A DNA stretch of 64,000 bases from the human T2T-CHM13v2.0 reference genome, Homo sapiens. Position 1 is the stretch's first letter. Each line of letters starts with the position of its first letter. The notes beneath the pieces are model-generated. The model made no database searches and was not told the origin of the DNA. It worked only from the letters and a program-made list of their open reading frames with translations. The position numbers and the translations under genes are program-made. Below are positions 32,539 through 49,817 of the stretch, in pieces. The stretch lies in the NCBI RefSeq assembly GCF_009914755.1, contig NC_060940.1, one strand, 5' to 3'.

Positions 32539-32734
32539 GCCATTTAGAACCTGGGTTTCAACGCTAGCCCTTTCTGGTTTGCCATAGGCCCTGCCAAGAT
32601 ACTGCAGGTCCATCCAGGCCTCTGCTATCTGCATCTGCAGTGGGCTTCCCAGGAACTTGACTGTCTTTCATTTGATCTTTATTTTTGTTTATTTAATATT
32701 TTAAACTTTATTTTAAAAATATTTCAAACATAAG

Positions 32735-33035
<301 letters not shown>

Positions 33036-34354
33036 AATTTTCCCGTTTCTCTCTGTCCCTTTCTCTATAACATGGATAAAATATTCACGTCTTATGTATT
33101 TATTATTGCTGAGTCATTGGTGCCTTATTCTTCAGTGTTTCAGTCTGTATCTCCTAAGCATCCTGATGTTAGTTTTTTGACTATAAAATTGACCTGCATT
33201 CTTTACTAGCAATTCAAACGGTACAGCACTCTTGAAGTGTAAACATTCCTGTTCCTCCTCACCCCACTCTGCAGACATGCCTTTCTGTCTGTCCTCCCGG
33301 ACTTTTCCCCTGCATAAAGATGTTCATTTTGTACATACACTCAGACATACATGTGGCTGTATTTTTTGTATACCGATTTCTGGATGGAATGCACACTGTT
33401 ATCTGTTTAGTTACTTTACGTTTTCATACAAATGACATCATCCCACAAATAGAATTCTGCCATTTACTTTCTTCACTATTCTTATGTGGCATGGTTCATG
33501 CTGGGCCTCGGTCTTTTGAGTGGGGTCTGTTTACCCAGTCCCCTGTTGGTGATCACATCGCTAACTTCCGGCGTTTTCCTATCACCATCGGTGCCTCCGT
33601 GAACACCTTGTGAATGTGCCTGTGCCTTCGTTCTGGTGTCGGTGCAGAGCAGGGTCCAAGGGGCGTGACAGCTGGGCTGAGGGGCTGGCATGTTTCACAT
33701 TCTGATAGATAGAGCCAAGTTGCTCCTATCAGGTTTTCAAGCTGCCCATTTCCCACCGTGGAGACAGCAACAGAGGGGACATCCCCAGCTCCTCTGGCTC
33801 TGCCTGTTCAAAGCTACCCTGTGAGGCCTGAAGACAGAGCTGCCCTGAAGGCAGCTCATGTCCACTGAACACTGACTGTGGGCTGGATGCTGTGCCAAGG
33901 GCTTGACGTTTCCTCTTTAAGGATGAGGAAACGGGCAGAGAAGCGGCTGATTGTCCAGTCCCCCTGCGTGGAGGCTGCTTGGCTGGGCTCGAGCCCAGCG
34001 GTGTGGTCATAGAGCATGTTGTGCTGAATGGCTCTGCCATGGACCAAGCCTTGGCTGCTCTAAAAGCCGGCTCATTGCCTTCTGCTTCTCCGGATTCGTT
34101 CCTTACTCCAGGAAGAGCAGTGCACTGAAGGAGAAATGGGAATGGGCAAAAGGAACCACATGCTGGCCAGACCCCTGCGGGGTCACTTTCCTCAGCCTGG
34201 GCTCCGACATGCCACGTCAGGTGCCAGCGCACATACTCTGGACACCCTCCTCATTCTCTCTGGGCTTTGATGCTCTCTGTGAGTCATCTGCCCTCCCTTT
34301 CCCATGCTACAGGCATCTACCTTGCTCTGTCCCACCTAATAGCTTCAGGACTGA

Positions 34355-35465
<1,111 letters not shown>

Positions 35466-36740
35466 CAAGGATACCTATTTTTCTTAATGCTGGAAGCCAC
35501 ACTCAGACACCAGAGCAGCTCTCAATGCTGGGAATCCTGGGAGACTGATGATGACCGCGTCTCCCTCTGGGACCAAGGATGGTGGAAGGGTGTGCAGAAT
35601 TCCAAATGTTATTTACATCACTCACTCTTGTGTGGAGTGCATAATTGTCTTTGCTTGCCAATTTCATATCAGTTAAATATAAGCAGTAAGCTAATCCTAT
35701 TCTGTGACTTACTTTTCTCACGTGTCATCATAATGATATACGTCAATATTCATCCCTCAGATCGGCCTTGCTCTAACAGCCCTTTTCACGGCATAAATGC
35801 ATCAATGTTTGCTTATGGGAAACACAAAGGATATTTTCAGGTTTTCACATCAGACAGTGCTTCAGTGCTCAGGGCTTATGTATCTTTGTGGTCTTCTGGT
35901 AGAATTTCTGTAGATTCCCAGAAGTGGTATTGCTTGGGCAAAGGTTATACACACTGAACATGTTGATACTTACTGCCAAATTGCCATGCGAGAGGGCTGT
36001 CCAACTTTGTAAGGGAAGGCCTCTTTCCTCTTATGTTGTTCCACATGGGAATTTCAATTTCACTGGTCTGGAATAAGCTGTTCTTCCTTCTCAACTTTTC
36101 CACTAGGAATGGCTTGCATTATGGCTCTCCCTTGGTTAAAAAAAAAAAAAAAAAAAAAGAGAAAAGAAATGGAGGGTTTAGCAGGTTACTTTGGGCTGCA
36201 GCCAGAGTGATTGCCACATGCATTTCTCTCTTTATCTCCTCTCTCTCCTACCATAGGCTCAGTTCTGTATCAGAAAGGGCTGAGGTTCCTACATGCACCA
36301 CCTTCCTTCAAAGGGGCAGGTACGTCAGGTCACATACACTCAAGTGTTTTGAAAGAATCCATTTCCCCACTGACTTTCTGATAGGCTGCTTCTGGGTCAA
36401 GTTCTGTAGCCAATACTTTTTTTAGTCTGTTTTCCCCGTGAGGAAAACATCCAGTCAGAATGGCAGTCTCAAGGACAAGTGGGGAACTGTGGTGGAGACG
36501 ATTTGCTTACTTCCATCTTGGAGGCCAAGGGTGTAACTTGGCTACCTCAGTAGCTCCTTGGTGGTGCTTACTCAGTGCCCCTGGGTAGGAAAATCAAGTT
36601 GTCAGGACACCGAGGATTCACTCAGCTCTGCTCTCAGCAGCAGATGGGAGGCACGGGCTCCATCTGGAAGAAGACCTTGCTCTTGCACTCCAGCTAGTTT
36701 GCTGCCCACAACGCTGGCCAGCCTTTAATAAGAGAAGGCA

Positions 36741-37410
<670 letters not shown>

Positions 37411-37496
37411 TTAAGACATTAACTGATACTGTGCCAGTCCATTGAAACTGGTTTATGGGCCATATGTGAATTAGGGCTTCTAATTTAAATCCATAC

Positions 37497-38229
37497 TGTT
37501 AACAAAAGACCACGAGATTTGCAGAGGCAAAAGGGAGAACTTTGTTTTCTGAAGGCAGTCTGCAGATTGGGGAGACACAGGCTTTGGTGTAAAATGAAAG
37601 TGCGCTCAGAGAATGTGTGAGAGAGTAGGACGTTATAAAGGCAAAAAACCACAGGAGAGGAGTGAGGAACAGCCTTAAGTGTCTTGCTTTGTCACCCATG
37701 CTAGAGTGCAGTGACACAATCATGGCTCACTGCAACCTTGAACTCCCAGGCTCAAAGAGTCCTCCCGCCTCAGCCTCCTGAGTGTGCACCACCATGCTTG
37801 GCTATTTAAAAAATTTTTTGTAGACATGGAGTCTCACTCAGACTGGTCTCAAACTACTGAGATCAAGTGATCCTCCTGCTTCAGCCTCCAAAAGTGCTGT
37901 GATTACAGGTGTGAGCCATCGTGCCTGGCCAGGAACAGTCTTGATTGGATGACGTTTAAGCCCCAAATCACCAGTCTCTTCATTGGCTGGTTCCAGGTGG
38001 TTGGTCAGTTGGGACCTGGTGGTCTGCTGGTGGTCAGTTTGGGAATTTCCAGGTACGATTGTTTTCAGGCACTGTTCTTTGACTTGGTTGCAGAAAAACA
38101 GATTTTGCAACACTTTCCAAGGACACAGTGTTACCACTCCCTCACCCTGCCATGGCCTCTTGGTTCTGCTTTTAACTTCTGAGCCTCAGGGAGTCCATCT
38201 TGTCTGTCAACTGGGGGTATAACTCGTCA
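37497..38229 (-). mobile_element. ERV1-class 3' LTR (interrupted by an Alu) with polypurine tract
   Basis: Minus strand AAAAGGGGGAAAA then TG at 38229; TG...CA termini. Confidence 0.6.
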
Positions 38230-38452
38230 TTTTCCCCCTTTTGGTAGAAACTTGCCATAGGCAGCACTGATGACCAATTTATGCTCCATCACATATTGTT
38301 GCCAGCATGGTGTGGCTACCTGCCCTGGGACCATCTAGTCCCCCGGTGGGACTCATGTGGCTAAGAAACTTATGACAATTGAACAACTTGGGCCAAGCAG
38401 AGTGTAAAGTGGGCAGACACCTGCTAGATATATATATATTTTTGGAGACTGA

Positions 38453-38734
<282 letters not shown>

Positions 38735-39432
38735 TAACTATAATTTTAACTCTTAGTAGCCCTAATTTCTAGTGGAAAACTTAGGAAGTGCCGTTGAATT
38801 ATTTTATATCAGTATTTGTAGATGAAAACCATTTTGTTTCCTCAATTTTTTATTAACAGATCGAAGTATATTGTTTTCTATACCATATAGGTGACTTAGA
38901 CATTCTATGATTACCTATTATTTAACATAGCATGATTTTAAGATTTTTAAATTAATAATTTGAAATGATGACACAGGTACCCTTCCTAATGTTTTTTTCT
39001 GTTGTCTGGCATCTCACATGTCCATGTGGCACCCAAGGACAGCTATGAAGGACAGGCCTTGTTGGGGTCCCAAATTTACATACCAAGTATAGAGCTCAGG
39101 ACAGGACAGAGTTGTGAAGATAATGCCTGGAGAATCCAACCCATCCCAGCATGGCAAAGAGGCAAAACTGGGCCAGGGAGAATGGGGCCATATTGGGCTT
39201 GGTTCTGCCTTAAGCTGGTGGTCAGGAACTGAGGACATGTCCCCAGGTCCCACCATGGCCAGCCTGTCCAGACCCTAGACTCCAGATGCTCAAAACCGAA
39301 AAGAAGCTGACAGTAAGATATGTCCAAGGCTTTGGGGAGCACAACAGCCAACCCTCACAACTCTACCTCACAGACAAAACAAGCAACAGTTTTATGACCT
39401 TAAAACATCTACAGGCTGGGCGCAGTGGCTCA

Positions 39433-39753
<321 letters not shown>

Positions 39754-41089
39754 TTAAATCTGTCTGACCAGTACATTCAGGCAAGAAGTCTGAGTCAAAT
39801 TTAATACGGACAATTCTGAAGACATTTAATTTTATTTTGCCAACAATTTAAACCAGTTTTATTTACCAGAGATTACTAGAGTCACATGAGCTAAAAAGCA
39901 TTTGAGTTAGTTTCTATTTTTCTGATACAGTATTTTGATTTAAGCACTTACTTTTTCATTAAGCCAACTAATTAGAGCTCTTTCATATATTTTGGTAGTG
40001 AAATATCACATACACATGACACATAAACATACAGACAGAAGATTTTATAGCTTTATAAGATTCTTCATTTGCCAGTTTTCAAATAGTTTTTCTCCCCCCT
40101 GCAGACAGACTATTAAGCTCTAAGCAGTTGTTAGCTAGGCAACCTGAAATTTGTACTCTCCAAGACAGGACTTCTTTGGTAAAAATTTACATATCAAAGA
40201 CACAGAACTTAGATATAAACACCATTATTTGCCAAGACAAAAAGGGGTAGGTAAAAGCCCATTCAAGACAAGCTTTCCAGGAAAAGTGTCTTAAACAAAT
40301 TTAAGGTTTGTTAGGTAAACTTTAGGACATCTTCCTTGTTGGAAAGTTTCTAGTGGTTTAAGTGCGGGGATGCAGATGCCCTTACAAATGGAGATTTTTT
40401 ATACATGTAAATTTATTTTACAAAGAATTTCAAAATAGCCAGCTAAATTCCAGAAAATATTTTGGAGACCAATCTAATTAGACTGGTCTTTTTAAATTAG
40501 GCTGTTTCTTGATTAGATTATTGAGTCCTTTAACAGGGTAAAAGCAGCCTTTTCTATGCTTGGACTTAGGAAGTCTATTTTTACCTGAGGACCTATCTTT
40601 TATAAACACTTTAGTTAGCTTGTTTTTTCTTTTGAACCAAAGGTACCTTTTCAAATAGTTTACCAAAAGCAATAACCCTTAACCAAGGTTATGACTTGGT
40701 TAGTCAAGGATGAACCAGGCACCTCCAAGAGGTGCAAAGCAGTCCTCACAAGATCCAGAACTACCCCAAAGTCAGCTCAAAGATAAAAAGTCTTTTTAGC
40801 CACAAATGGAATACAACTTATACTTCTAACTGGCCATATTTTCTAGGATCTCAGCTTCTCAGCTGACCACCTATGCATAAAGGCCCAAAGGTCCCATATG
40901 CCCTACAGAAGGAAAAAGACGGGAAATCAAATCATGTTTTAGGTTACGTTTTTGCTCTTTAATTTTGTGAAGAGAATTTCCAAGGCTAGCCATGACACTC
41001 CTAAGCGTCCATGGAAGGAAAAAGGATCAGTAACAAATGGGTACCCAAAAAAGGTCAATAGTCAAACAATTTAAAACAAATGGGATTGC

Positions 41090-41163
41090 TTCTCTGACTC
41101 GGAATTGAACCTGGGCTACAGCCACAAGAGCCCAGAATCTCAGCCACTAGACCACAGAGTGGA
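41090..41163 (-). pseudogene. Degenerate tRNA-Glu-like sequence inside ERV internal region
   Basis: Minus strand TCCACTCTGTGGTCTAGTGGCTGAGATTC...GCCCAGGTTCAATTCCGAGTCAGAGAA resembles tRNA-Glu, with A box and B box retained and the anticodon arm degraded. Confidence 0.65.
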
Positions 41164-41719
41164 GGGCTTTTTGTAAATCCTACAGGGGATCAATAGCAGG
41201 CAGTTTGAGCATAAAAAATATTTTAACTTTGTTTTAGATCATGTTTTTGCTCTTTAATTTTGTCAAGAGAATTTCTAAGGCTAGCCATGAAACTATTAAG
41301 TGTCTTTATATTTTAACTTAATTTTTTTTAAATACAAAGAAAGTATTTGTTTAGAATGAGAGATCTCTAAGATATTTTTAAGATTTAGGAGGGTAATTTA
41401 AAGGATCTGTTTTCTGGCCATTGACATTTAGAATTTTCAATCATGTACTCCTTTCAATAATGGCACAATCCAATAGCCTCTTTACGGAAAGTCCAGAATG
41501 TAATTTTCCAGGTGTAGAGAAAGTTTTGTTTTTTGTTTTTTTTAAACCAGTTAAGAAACAGATGTTTCCTGGAAAGGGTATAGAAGAGGCAATGCCAAAT
41601 ATCCCCCTACGCAAAAAAGTTCACTCCCAGGAATAGGCTAAGTTGGCAAAAGACTCTTGTTGCCACAGATGGTTAAGGATGACGGTGTTTGTGCATATGC
41701 TGCCTCCAGCAACCTATAA

Positions 41720-42101
<382 letters not shown>

Positions 42102-42291
42102 TAGCCTCCCAAAGTGCTGGGATTACAGGCATGAGCCACTGCGCCCGGCCCCCACAGTGACTTCTTAAGACAAACCCCTCCAAGAACTTGACATGTTCAG
42201 AACAAAATGTGTGTTGAAGCCAGGCACTGCAGCTCATACCTGTAATCCCAGCACTTTGGGAGGCCAAGGTGGGAGAACTGCTTGAGCCCAG

Positions 42292-42700
42292 TAAGGCAGG
42301 AGAATAGGGTCTGGAGATAGGGAACATAAGGCCAATTCATGCTGACTTCCTAGAACTAAATCAAATGGAAACACTTCAGCTATGACAGGAAATACCCTCT
42401 CCATTTACATAGGGCATACACTGAGTAAATGACTTTCTAACTTTACTTCATCCTCTTCATTTACATAGGACATACACCAAGTAATCAATGGAAACCCCTA
42501 GAGGGTATTGAAACCCCAGAAAATTCTATAATGGGGCTCTTGAGCCCCTGTGCTCAGGCCCGCTCCCACCCTGTGGAGTGTACCTTCATTTTCAAAAAAC
42601 CTCTGCTTTTGTTGCTTCATTCTTTCCTTGCTCTGTTTGTGCATTTTGTCCAATTCTTTGTTCAAGACTCCAAGAACCTGGACACCTTCAACCGGTAACA
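42292..42700 (+). mobile_element. Solo LTR (MER61-like) inserted in an Alu monomer
   Basis: T(A)AGGCAGGAGAATAGGGTCTGGAG...ACCGGTAACA; 4-bp TSD CCAG at 42288-42291 and 42701-42704. Confidence 0.75.
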
Positions 42701-42769
42701 CCAGGAGTTCAGGACCAACCTGGGCAACACAGTGAGACTCTGTTGCTTTTTTTAATGTGTGTACTTTTA

Positions 42770-43036
<267 letters not shown>

Positions 43037-43217
43037 TTAGCCTTGTGTTCTACCCCTCTTGGTGACAGAACGACACAGAAAGATGAAGACAAAGGAAAAC
43101 ACTATTTCAGTCAGTTAAAGGGATCAAACAATAAGAATATGCATACCAAAAACTACCAAAAAGCACACCAGAGTTCTACACCCAAAACTAGTCACACAAA
43201 TCCTTTTCTCCCTGAAT

Positions 43218-43752
43218 AAGTCAGTTCTCTGCTGCTAACAAAGACATACCTGAGTCCGGGCGCGGTGGCTCACCCCTGTAATCCCAGCTCTCAGGGAGGC
43301 AAGAGGTGGGAGGATAGCTTGAGCCCAGGAGTTTGAGACCTGCCTGGGCAATATAGCGAGACCCCGTTCTCCAGAAAAAGGAAAAAAAAAAAAAGACAAA
43401 AAAAAAAAAAGCATAACAAAGACATACGTGAGACTGGGTAATTTATAAAGAAAAGACATTTAATGGACTCACAGTTTCACATGGCTGGGAAGGCCTCACA
43501 ATCATGGTGGAAGATGAAGGAAGCGCAAAGGGATGTCATACATGGCGGCAGGCAAGAGAGAGCGTGTGCAGTGGAACTCCCCTTTATAAAACCATCAGAT
43601 CTTGTGAGACTTATTCACTATCAGGAGAACAGCATGGGAAAAATCTGCCCCCATGATTCAATTACCTCCCACTGGGTTCCTCCCATGACACATGGGGATT
43701 ACTACAATTCAAGGTGAGAGTTTTGTGGAAACACAGAGCCAAACCATATCAC
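43218..43752. mobile_element. THE1 (MaLR) LTR interrupted by the BC200 retrocopy
   Basis: aaagacatacctgagactgggtaatttataaag...cacagagccaaaccatatca. Confidence 0.82.
43254..43417 (+). pseudogene. BC200 (BCYRN1) RNA retrocopy
   Basis: Alu monomer with BC200-diagnostic CAGCTCTCAGGGAGG, GGATAGCTTGAGCCC, GAGACCTGCCTGGGCAATATAGCGAGACCCCGTTCTCCAGAAAAAGG and A-rich GAC domain; TSD taacaaagacatac(c/g)tga at 43236-43253 and 43414-43431. Confidence 0.88.
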
Positions 43753-44860
43753 TCCCATTAATTGAGATTATGTAGAGGAGATAAACGGTTATTTTTTTCC
43801 TGTCTGCTCAACTGGGTTTCACAGGAAGACAGGCTGGGAGCCTGACTGTTGAGGAATTCTTACCCTTTTGCCCGTTGTCAAGCCCTGGGTTCCCTTCACT
43901 GTGGCTTCTAGAAGAGCAGAGTGGCTTTGGTGAGCCTGCCCACAGCACCAAAACTGTAGGGTCCAAGGGAAAGCTTCCCCTTTGCCTTCTGAAAGTTCAC
44001 TGAAAAATCACCTCACAAAGGAGTTGAGCAAGAGAAATGGCATACAGTTATCCACGTGCACACAGGGGAGAACCCCAGAGTGATTACCCCCTTCCTGAGA
44101 AACAAAAAGTCTCAAGGAAAAACTCACGACTTCATCGAGGAGTGAGAATATCTAGCTGAACAGAACTCAGGACCGGAATTATGTGGGAAGTCTGAGACTC
44201 AGGAGAAATGCAGCCAGTTGTCTGCAATCTTGGAGGAGCTGGAGGGGTTCAAAGGGCTTTTGCTGGTACCCTCAGGGTCCCTGCAATATTCCAGGCAAAG
44301 AGAGTGGTGGTGAGATGGAAAAAATGGAGGTGGAATGCAAGTGGGGGAGCAGGGAGATACAGGGCTCTCTGTTTTACAGACATTGGTTAATTGTTCCGGT
44401 TAGTCTCCTTTAAAAATTTAGAGACTGCCAATTGCGTTTGGAGCTTTCAAAAATGCTGATTAAAGGAAAGCCTCTTAGTATTTTTGAGAAATCCAGACTC
44501 CTCTTTGTTCTAATTGTGTGCATAGTTTAATTTAGATGCATCCCTCAGGTCGATCTTGTCTGGGGGCAAAATTTGACAATACCAATCCTTGGTAGTGATT
44601 AGTAATGTCCATGAACGAGGAGCACCGGCAGAGGACTTAGGGGTATATCAGGAAAATGGCCCATTCCATCCAGGGGTGGGGCAGGAGGGCACCAGGGGGT
44701 GTGCTATTGACCCCAGACTCACTGGGGGTATAGGGTGGAAGTATAGACATTGGAGTCAGCCTTGTAAGATTTACCTAACCTCCCTGAGGCCCTGTTTTCT
44801 CAACTGTAAAAACAGTGGTTTGGAGGGTTCAATGATATGCTAACAGCAAATTTTTTTAAA

Positions 44861-44890
44861 TTAATTAATTAATTAATTAATTAATTAATT
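44861..44890. repeat. (TTAA)n self-complementary microsatellite (Alu tail)
   Basis: ttaattaatt... about 7 units. Confidence 0.88.
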
Positions 44891-44898
44891 TTTTTTGA

Positions 44899-45120
<222 letters not shown>

Positions 45121-45275
45121 TGATCCGCCACCTCGGCCTCCCAAAGTGCTGGGATTACAGGTGTGAGCCACCACGCCCAGCCTCAACAGCAACTTTTAAA
45201 AAGATAAATATTGGCCAGGCATGGTGGCTCACACCTGTAATCCCAGCACTTTGAGAGGCTGAGGTGGGCAGATTA

Positions 45276-45461
<186 letters not shown>

Positions 45462-46322
45462 TCACTCCAGCCTGAGCGACAGAGCAAGACTCTGTCTCAA
45501 AAAAAATAAAAGGATGCAGGCTGGGCGCAGTGGCTCAAGCCTGTAATCCCAGCACTTTGGGAGGCCAAGGCGGGAGGACTGCTTGAGCTTAGGAGTTCGA
45601 GGCCAGCCTGGGCAACATGGCGAAAACCCATCTCTACAAAATATACAAAAATTAGCTGCGCATGGTGGTGCACGCCTGTAATCCCAGCTACTCGGGAGGC
45701 TGAGGCAGGAGAATCACTTGAACCCAGGGGGCAGAAGTTTGCAGTGAGCCGAGATTAGGCCATTGCACTCCATCCTGGGCAACAAGAGCAAGACTCTGTC
45801 TCAAAAAAAAAAAAAAAAAAAAGGATGCATGTTATGTGCCCATCAGATTATGTACTTATTAGCTGTGGGTGATCATGTAAATTTTGTGTGCCTCAGTTTC
45901 CCAATGTGTAAAATGGGAATAAGGACAGCACCGATCTCAGAGGGTTACTACACGGATTAAATGTGAAGTGCTTAGAATAGTGCTTAGCATATTCTAAATT
46001 TCTAATAAATGTTAGCTATTATTTTTATATTTCTGATTATCACAAATGGGTCCTGAAAATAGATATTAGTATACCCATAGTTACAGATAAAACAAAGGCT
46101 TTGAGAGATTAAATAACTTCCCTAAACCATACGGCCAGGATTCAATAGAACTGGAGCCCCCAGGGTATGAACATCTCCTCCCGATGCAAGCTGTTGGCAG
46201 GAAGTGTAGGTGAACCTCTCCATAGGGCTGCTTGAGTGTTCTCACAACATGGCATCCAGCTCCTCCAGCGTGAGTGATCTAAGAGGGAGCAAGGTGGAAG
46301 CTACAGTGCCTTTATGACCTAG

Positions 46323-46589
<267 letters not shown>

Positions 46590-46670
46590 TGATCCTCCAG
46601 TCTTGGCCTTCCAAAGTGCTAGGATTACAAGCATGAGCTACTGTGCCCAGCCTCATTCTACACATTGGAA

Positions 46671-46870
46671 TAGAGTTGCTAGTTTAAGCAAAACTAAAAC
46701 AAAAGGATGCCCAGTTAAATTTGAATTTGAGATAAACAATGAATACACTTTTAGTATAAGTCTATCGTCTATCCCATGCAGTATTCAGGACATACTTATT
46801 CTAAAATTTATTTGTTGTTTATCTGAACTCAAATTTCATTGGGTATCATATATTTTCTCTGGCAACCCTA
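46671..46870. mobile_element. MER53 palindromic hAT MITE
   Basis: TIRs tagagttgc/ggcaacccta; internal inverted arms cccagttaaatttgaatttgagataaacaa and ttgtttatctgaactcaaatttcattggg. Confidence 0.72.
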
Positions 46871-48307
46871 TGTTAGAAGCAAGTCATTTAGTCCAGCCCA
46901 CCACTCAAGGGAAGGGCTTCCACTTTTGAAGGGAGGAATGTCCAATAATTTGTGGAGATATTTTTCAGCCACCACAAGCAGGGTTTTGGAAAAGTTCACC
47001 TGGTTCTGGGGTCTGTGGATAATTGTATGCGAGCCTAACAGGATGAAGCAGTAGTTCAGGGACAAGAAGGTTTTCTTCCAAATGGTCTTGCACATTTTCC
47101 AGAAATCACACACATTATCTTATTTGAGCCTCAGACAGCTCTGTGGAGTAGGTGAGGGTGGCAATTACAATCCCCATTTTACAGGCGAGGAAACAGATTA
47201 AGCACCTGCTCCAAGGTGATATGGGCAGAAATGGTGGAGGGGGCAACAAATTCCCCTAATCTCAAGTCTGGCATTTGTTCTACTCCACCCAGTCATGTCC
47301 TGACAGAGTACTGATGTCTCCACTATATAAGATGTCTTAGATTCATTTTCTGTCTTCTGCCATGTTGTTATCTCACATAAGTGATGGGATTTGTGGATCC
47401 TCGCAGCAGTGCTGGGTGATGACAGAAGACTATTGGAGAAGCTGCGGCTGGAGGGCAGCTTTCTCTCCCCACATCCACAAGCTCTGAGATCCATCTTGGC
47501 TGAGACCATGGGCTTCAACCCACTCCTCAGACCCTTTGTGTTGACTGGTTCCAGAATACTGCCAGGAACCTCACTCATTTTCACCAGGAGGCCATCGGCC
47601 TCACATGAGAAAGCTGAGGAACAGTCAGCCCAAATAGATAATTACCCTCCTGTAATTTGTGTAATTTGTATTATAAGGAATTTTAGGCTGGGCATGGTGG
47701 CTCATGCCTGTAATCTCAGCACTTAGGGAGGCCAAGATGGGCTGATCACTTGAGGCCAGGAGTTCTAGACCAGTCTAGGCAACATGGGGAACCCTGTCTC
47801 TACTAAAAAAACAAATAACAGCCAAGCATGGTGGTGTATGTCTGTAGTCCCAGCTACTCAGGAGTCTGAGGCAGGAGAATTGCTTGAACCTGGGAGGCAG
47901 AGGCTACACTGAGCCAGGATTGTGCCACTGCACTCCAGCCTGGGTGACAGAGCAAGACTCTGTCTCAAAAAAAAGAAAATTTAGATATACAGAAAATCAG
48001 AAAGAATAGTATAATAGATATCCATACTCCTTCCACCTACACTCAGTAATTCTTACTATCTTTTCCCTGTTGGCTCTGCCAATCTTTTAACCTATTTTTA
48101 TTGTGTATTTTGATTCACTCCTAAGTACTTTGTAACCTGCATTATCTAAGTACATGCTCCTATGTAACCATAAGTCTATAATCACACATAAGAGAATTAA
48201 CCATGATTTGCTAATATCATCTAACACTGAGTTCGTGTTCAAATTTCTCCTGTTGTATCCAAAATATCTTCCATATCCAATCAACGCTCATCCATATGCC
48301 TCTTTAG

Positions 48308-48514
<207 letters not shown>

Positions 48515-48998
48515 TAGTAGAGATGGGGTTTCACTGTGTTAGCCAGGATGGTCTTGATCTCCTGACCTCATGATCCACCAGCCTTGGCCTCCCAGAGTGC
48601 TGGGATTACAGGCATGAGCCACTGTGCCCGGCCTATTTTTTTTTTTTTTTTTGAGAGGGAGTCTCACTCTGTTGCCCAGGCTGGAGTGCAATGCGCAATC
48701 TCTGCTCACTGCAACCTCCACCTCCTGGGTTCAAGCGATTCTCCTGCCTCAGCTTCCCGAGTAGCTGGGATTACAGGCGGCTGCCACCACACCCAGCTAA
48801 TTTTTTTTGTATTTTTAGTAGAGACAGGGTTTCACCATGCTGGCCAGCTGGTCTCAAACTCCTGACCTCAGGTGATCCGCCCACCTTGGCCTGCCAAAGT
48901 GCTGGGATTACAGGCATTGAGCCACCGCACCCAGCTAGTTTCTTTTAATCTAGAACAGTAACCTCTCATGAGATCAGTCCAGTTATCTTGTAGATGGC

Positions 48999-49372
48999 TG
49001 TTTTAGTCTATTCTCATGCTGCTAATAAAGACATACCTGAGACTGGGTAATTTATAAAGGAAAGAGGTTTAATTGACTCACAGTTCAGCATGGCTGGGGA
49101 GTTCTCAGGAAACTTACAATCATGGTGGAAGGGGGAAGCAAACATGTTCTTCTTCACATGGCGGCAGACTGAGAAGTGCAGAGTGAAGGTCGGGGGAAAG
49201 CCCCTTATAAAACCATCAGATCTCATGAGAACTCACTATCATGAGAACAGCATGAGGATAACTGCCCCCTGATTCAATTACCTTCCACCAGGTCCCTTCC
49301 ATGACATGTGGGGATTATGGGAACTACAATTCAAGATAAGATTTTGGTGGGGACACAGCCAAACCATATCAA
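48999..49372. mobile_element. THE1 (MaLR) LTR
   Basis: ttagtctattctcatgctgctaataaagacatacctgagactggg...cacagccaaaccatatca. Confidence 0.85.
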
Positions 49373-49706
49373 TGGTTCCATGTTCTGGATTCCCAGCATA
49401 AAGACATTTCCTGATTTCCAGTATAGTTGGATGTGGTCCAGTGACCAAGTTCTATTCAATGACATATATGTGAAAGTATTGTGTGAAGTTTCTGGAAAGT
49501 CTGCTGCTGCCTGGAATATGGGTATGATGGCTGGAGCTCTGGCATCCATTTTAGACCTAAGGATCAGGGTCATTCTGCAGGGATGATGGAGGCAAAAGCT
49601 GGAAACAGCTTAATGCTGACACTAATACCAGCTCTGTCTGCCTACTTCCCTACCTCTTTTACTTGAGAAAACAGAACCTTGTGTATGTGTGTGTGTGTGT
49701 GTGTAA

Positions 49707-49817
<111 letters not shown>

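Noticed and set aside
41090-41163. Functional tRNA gene
   Set aside because: Acceptor and anticodon stems are disrupted; kept only as a relic
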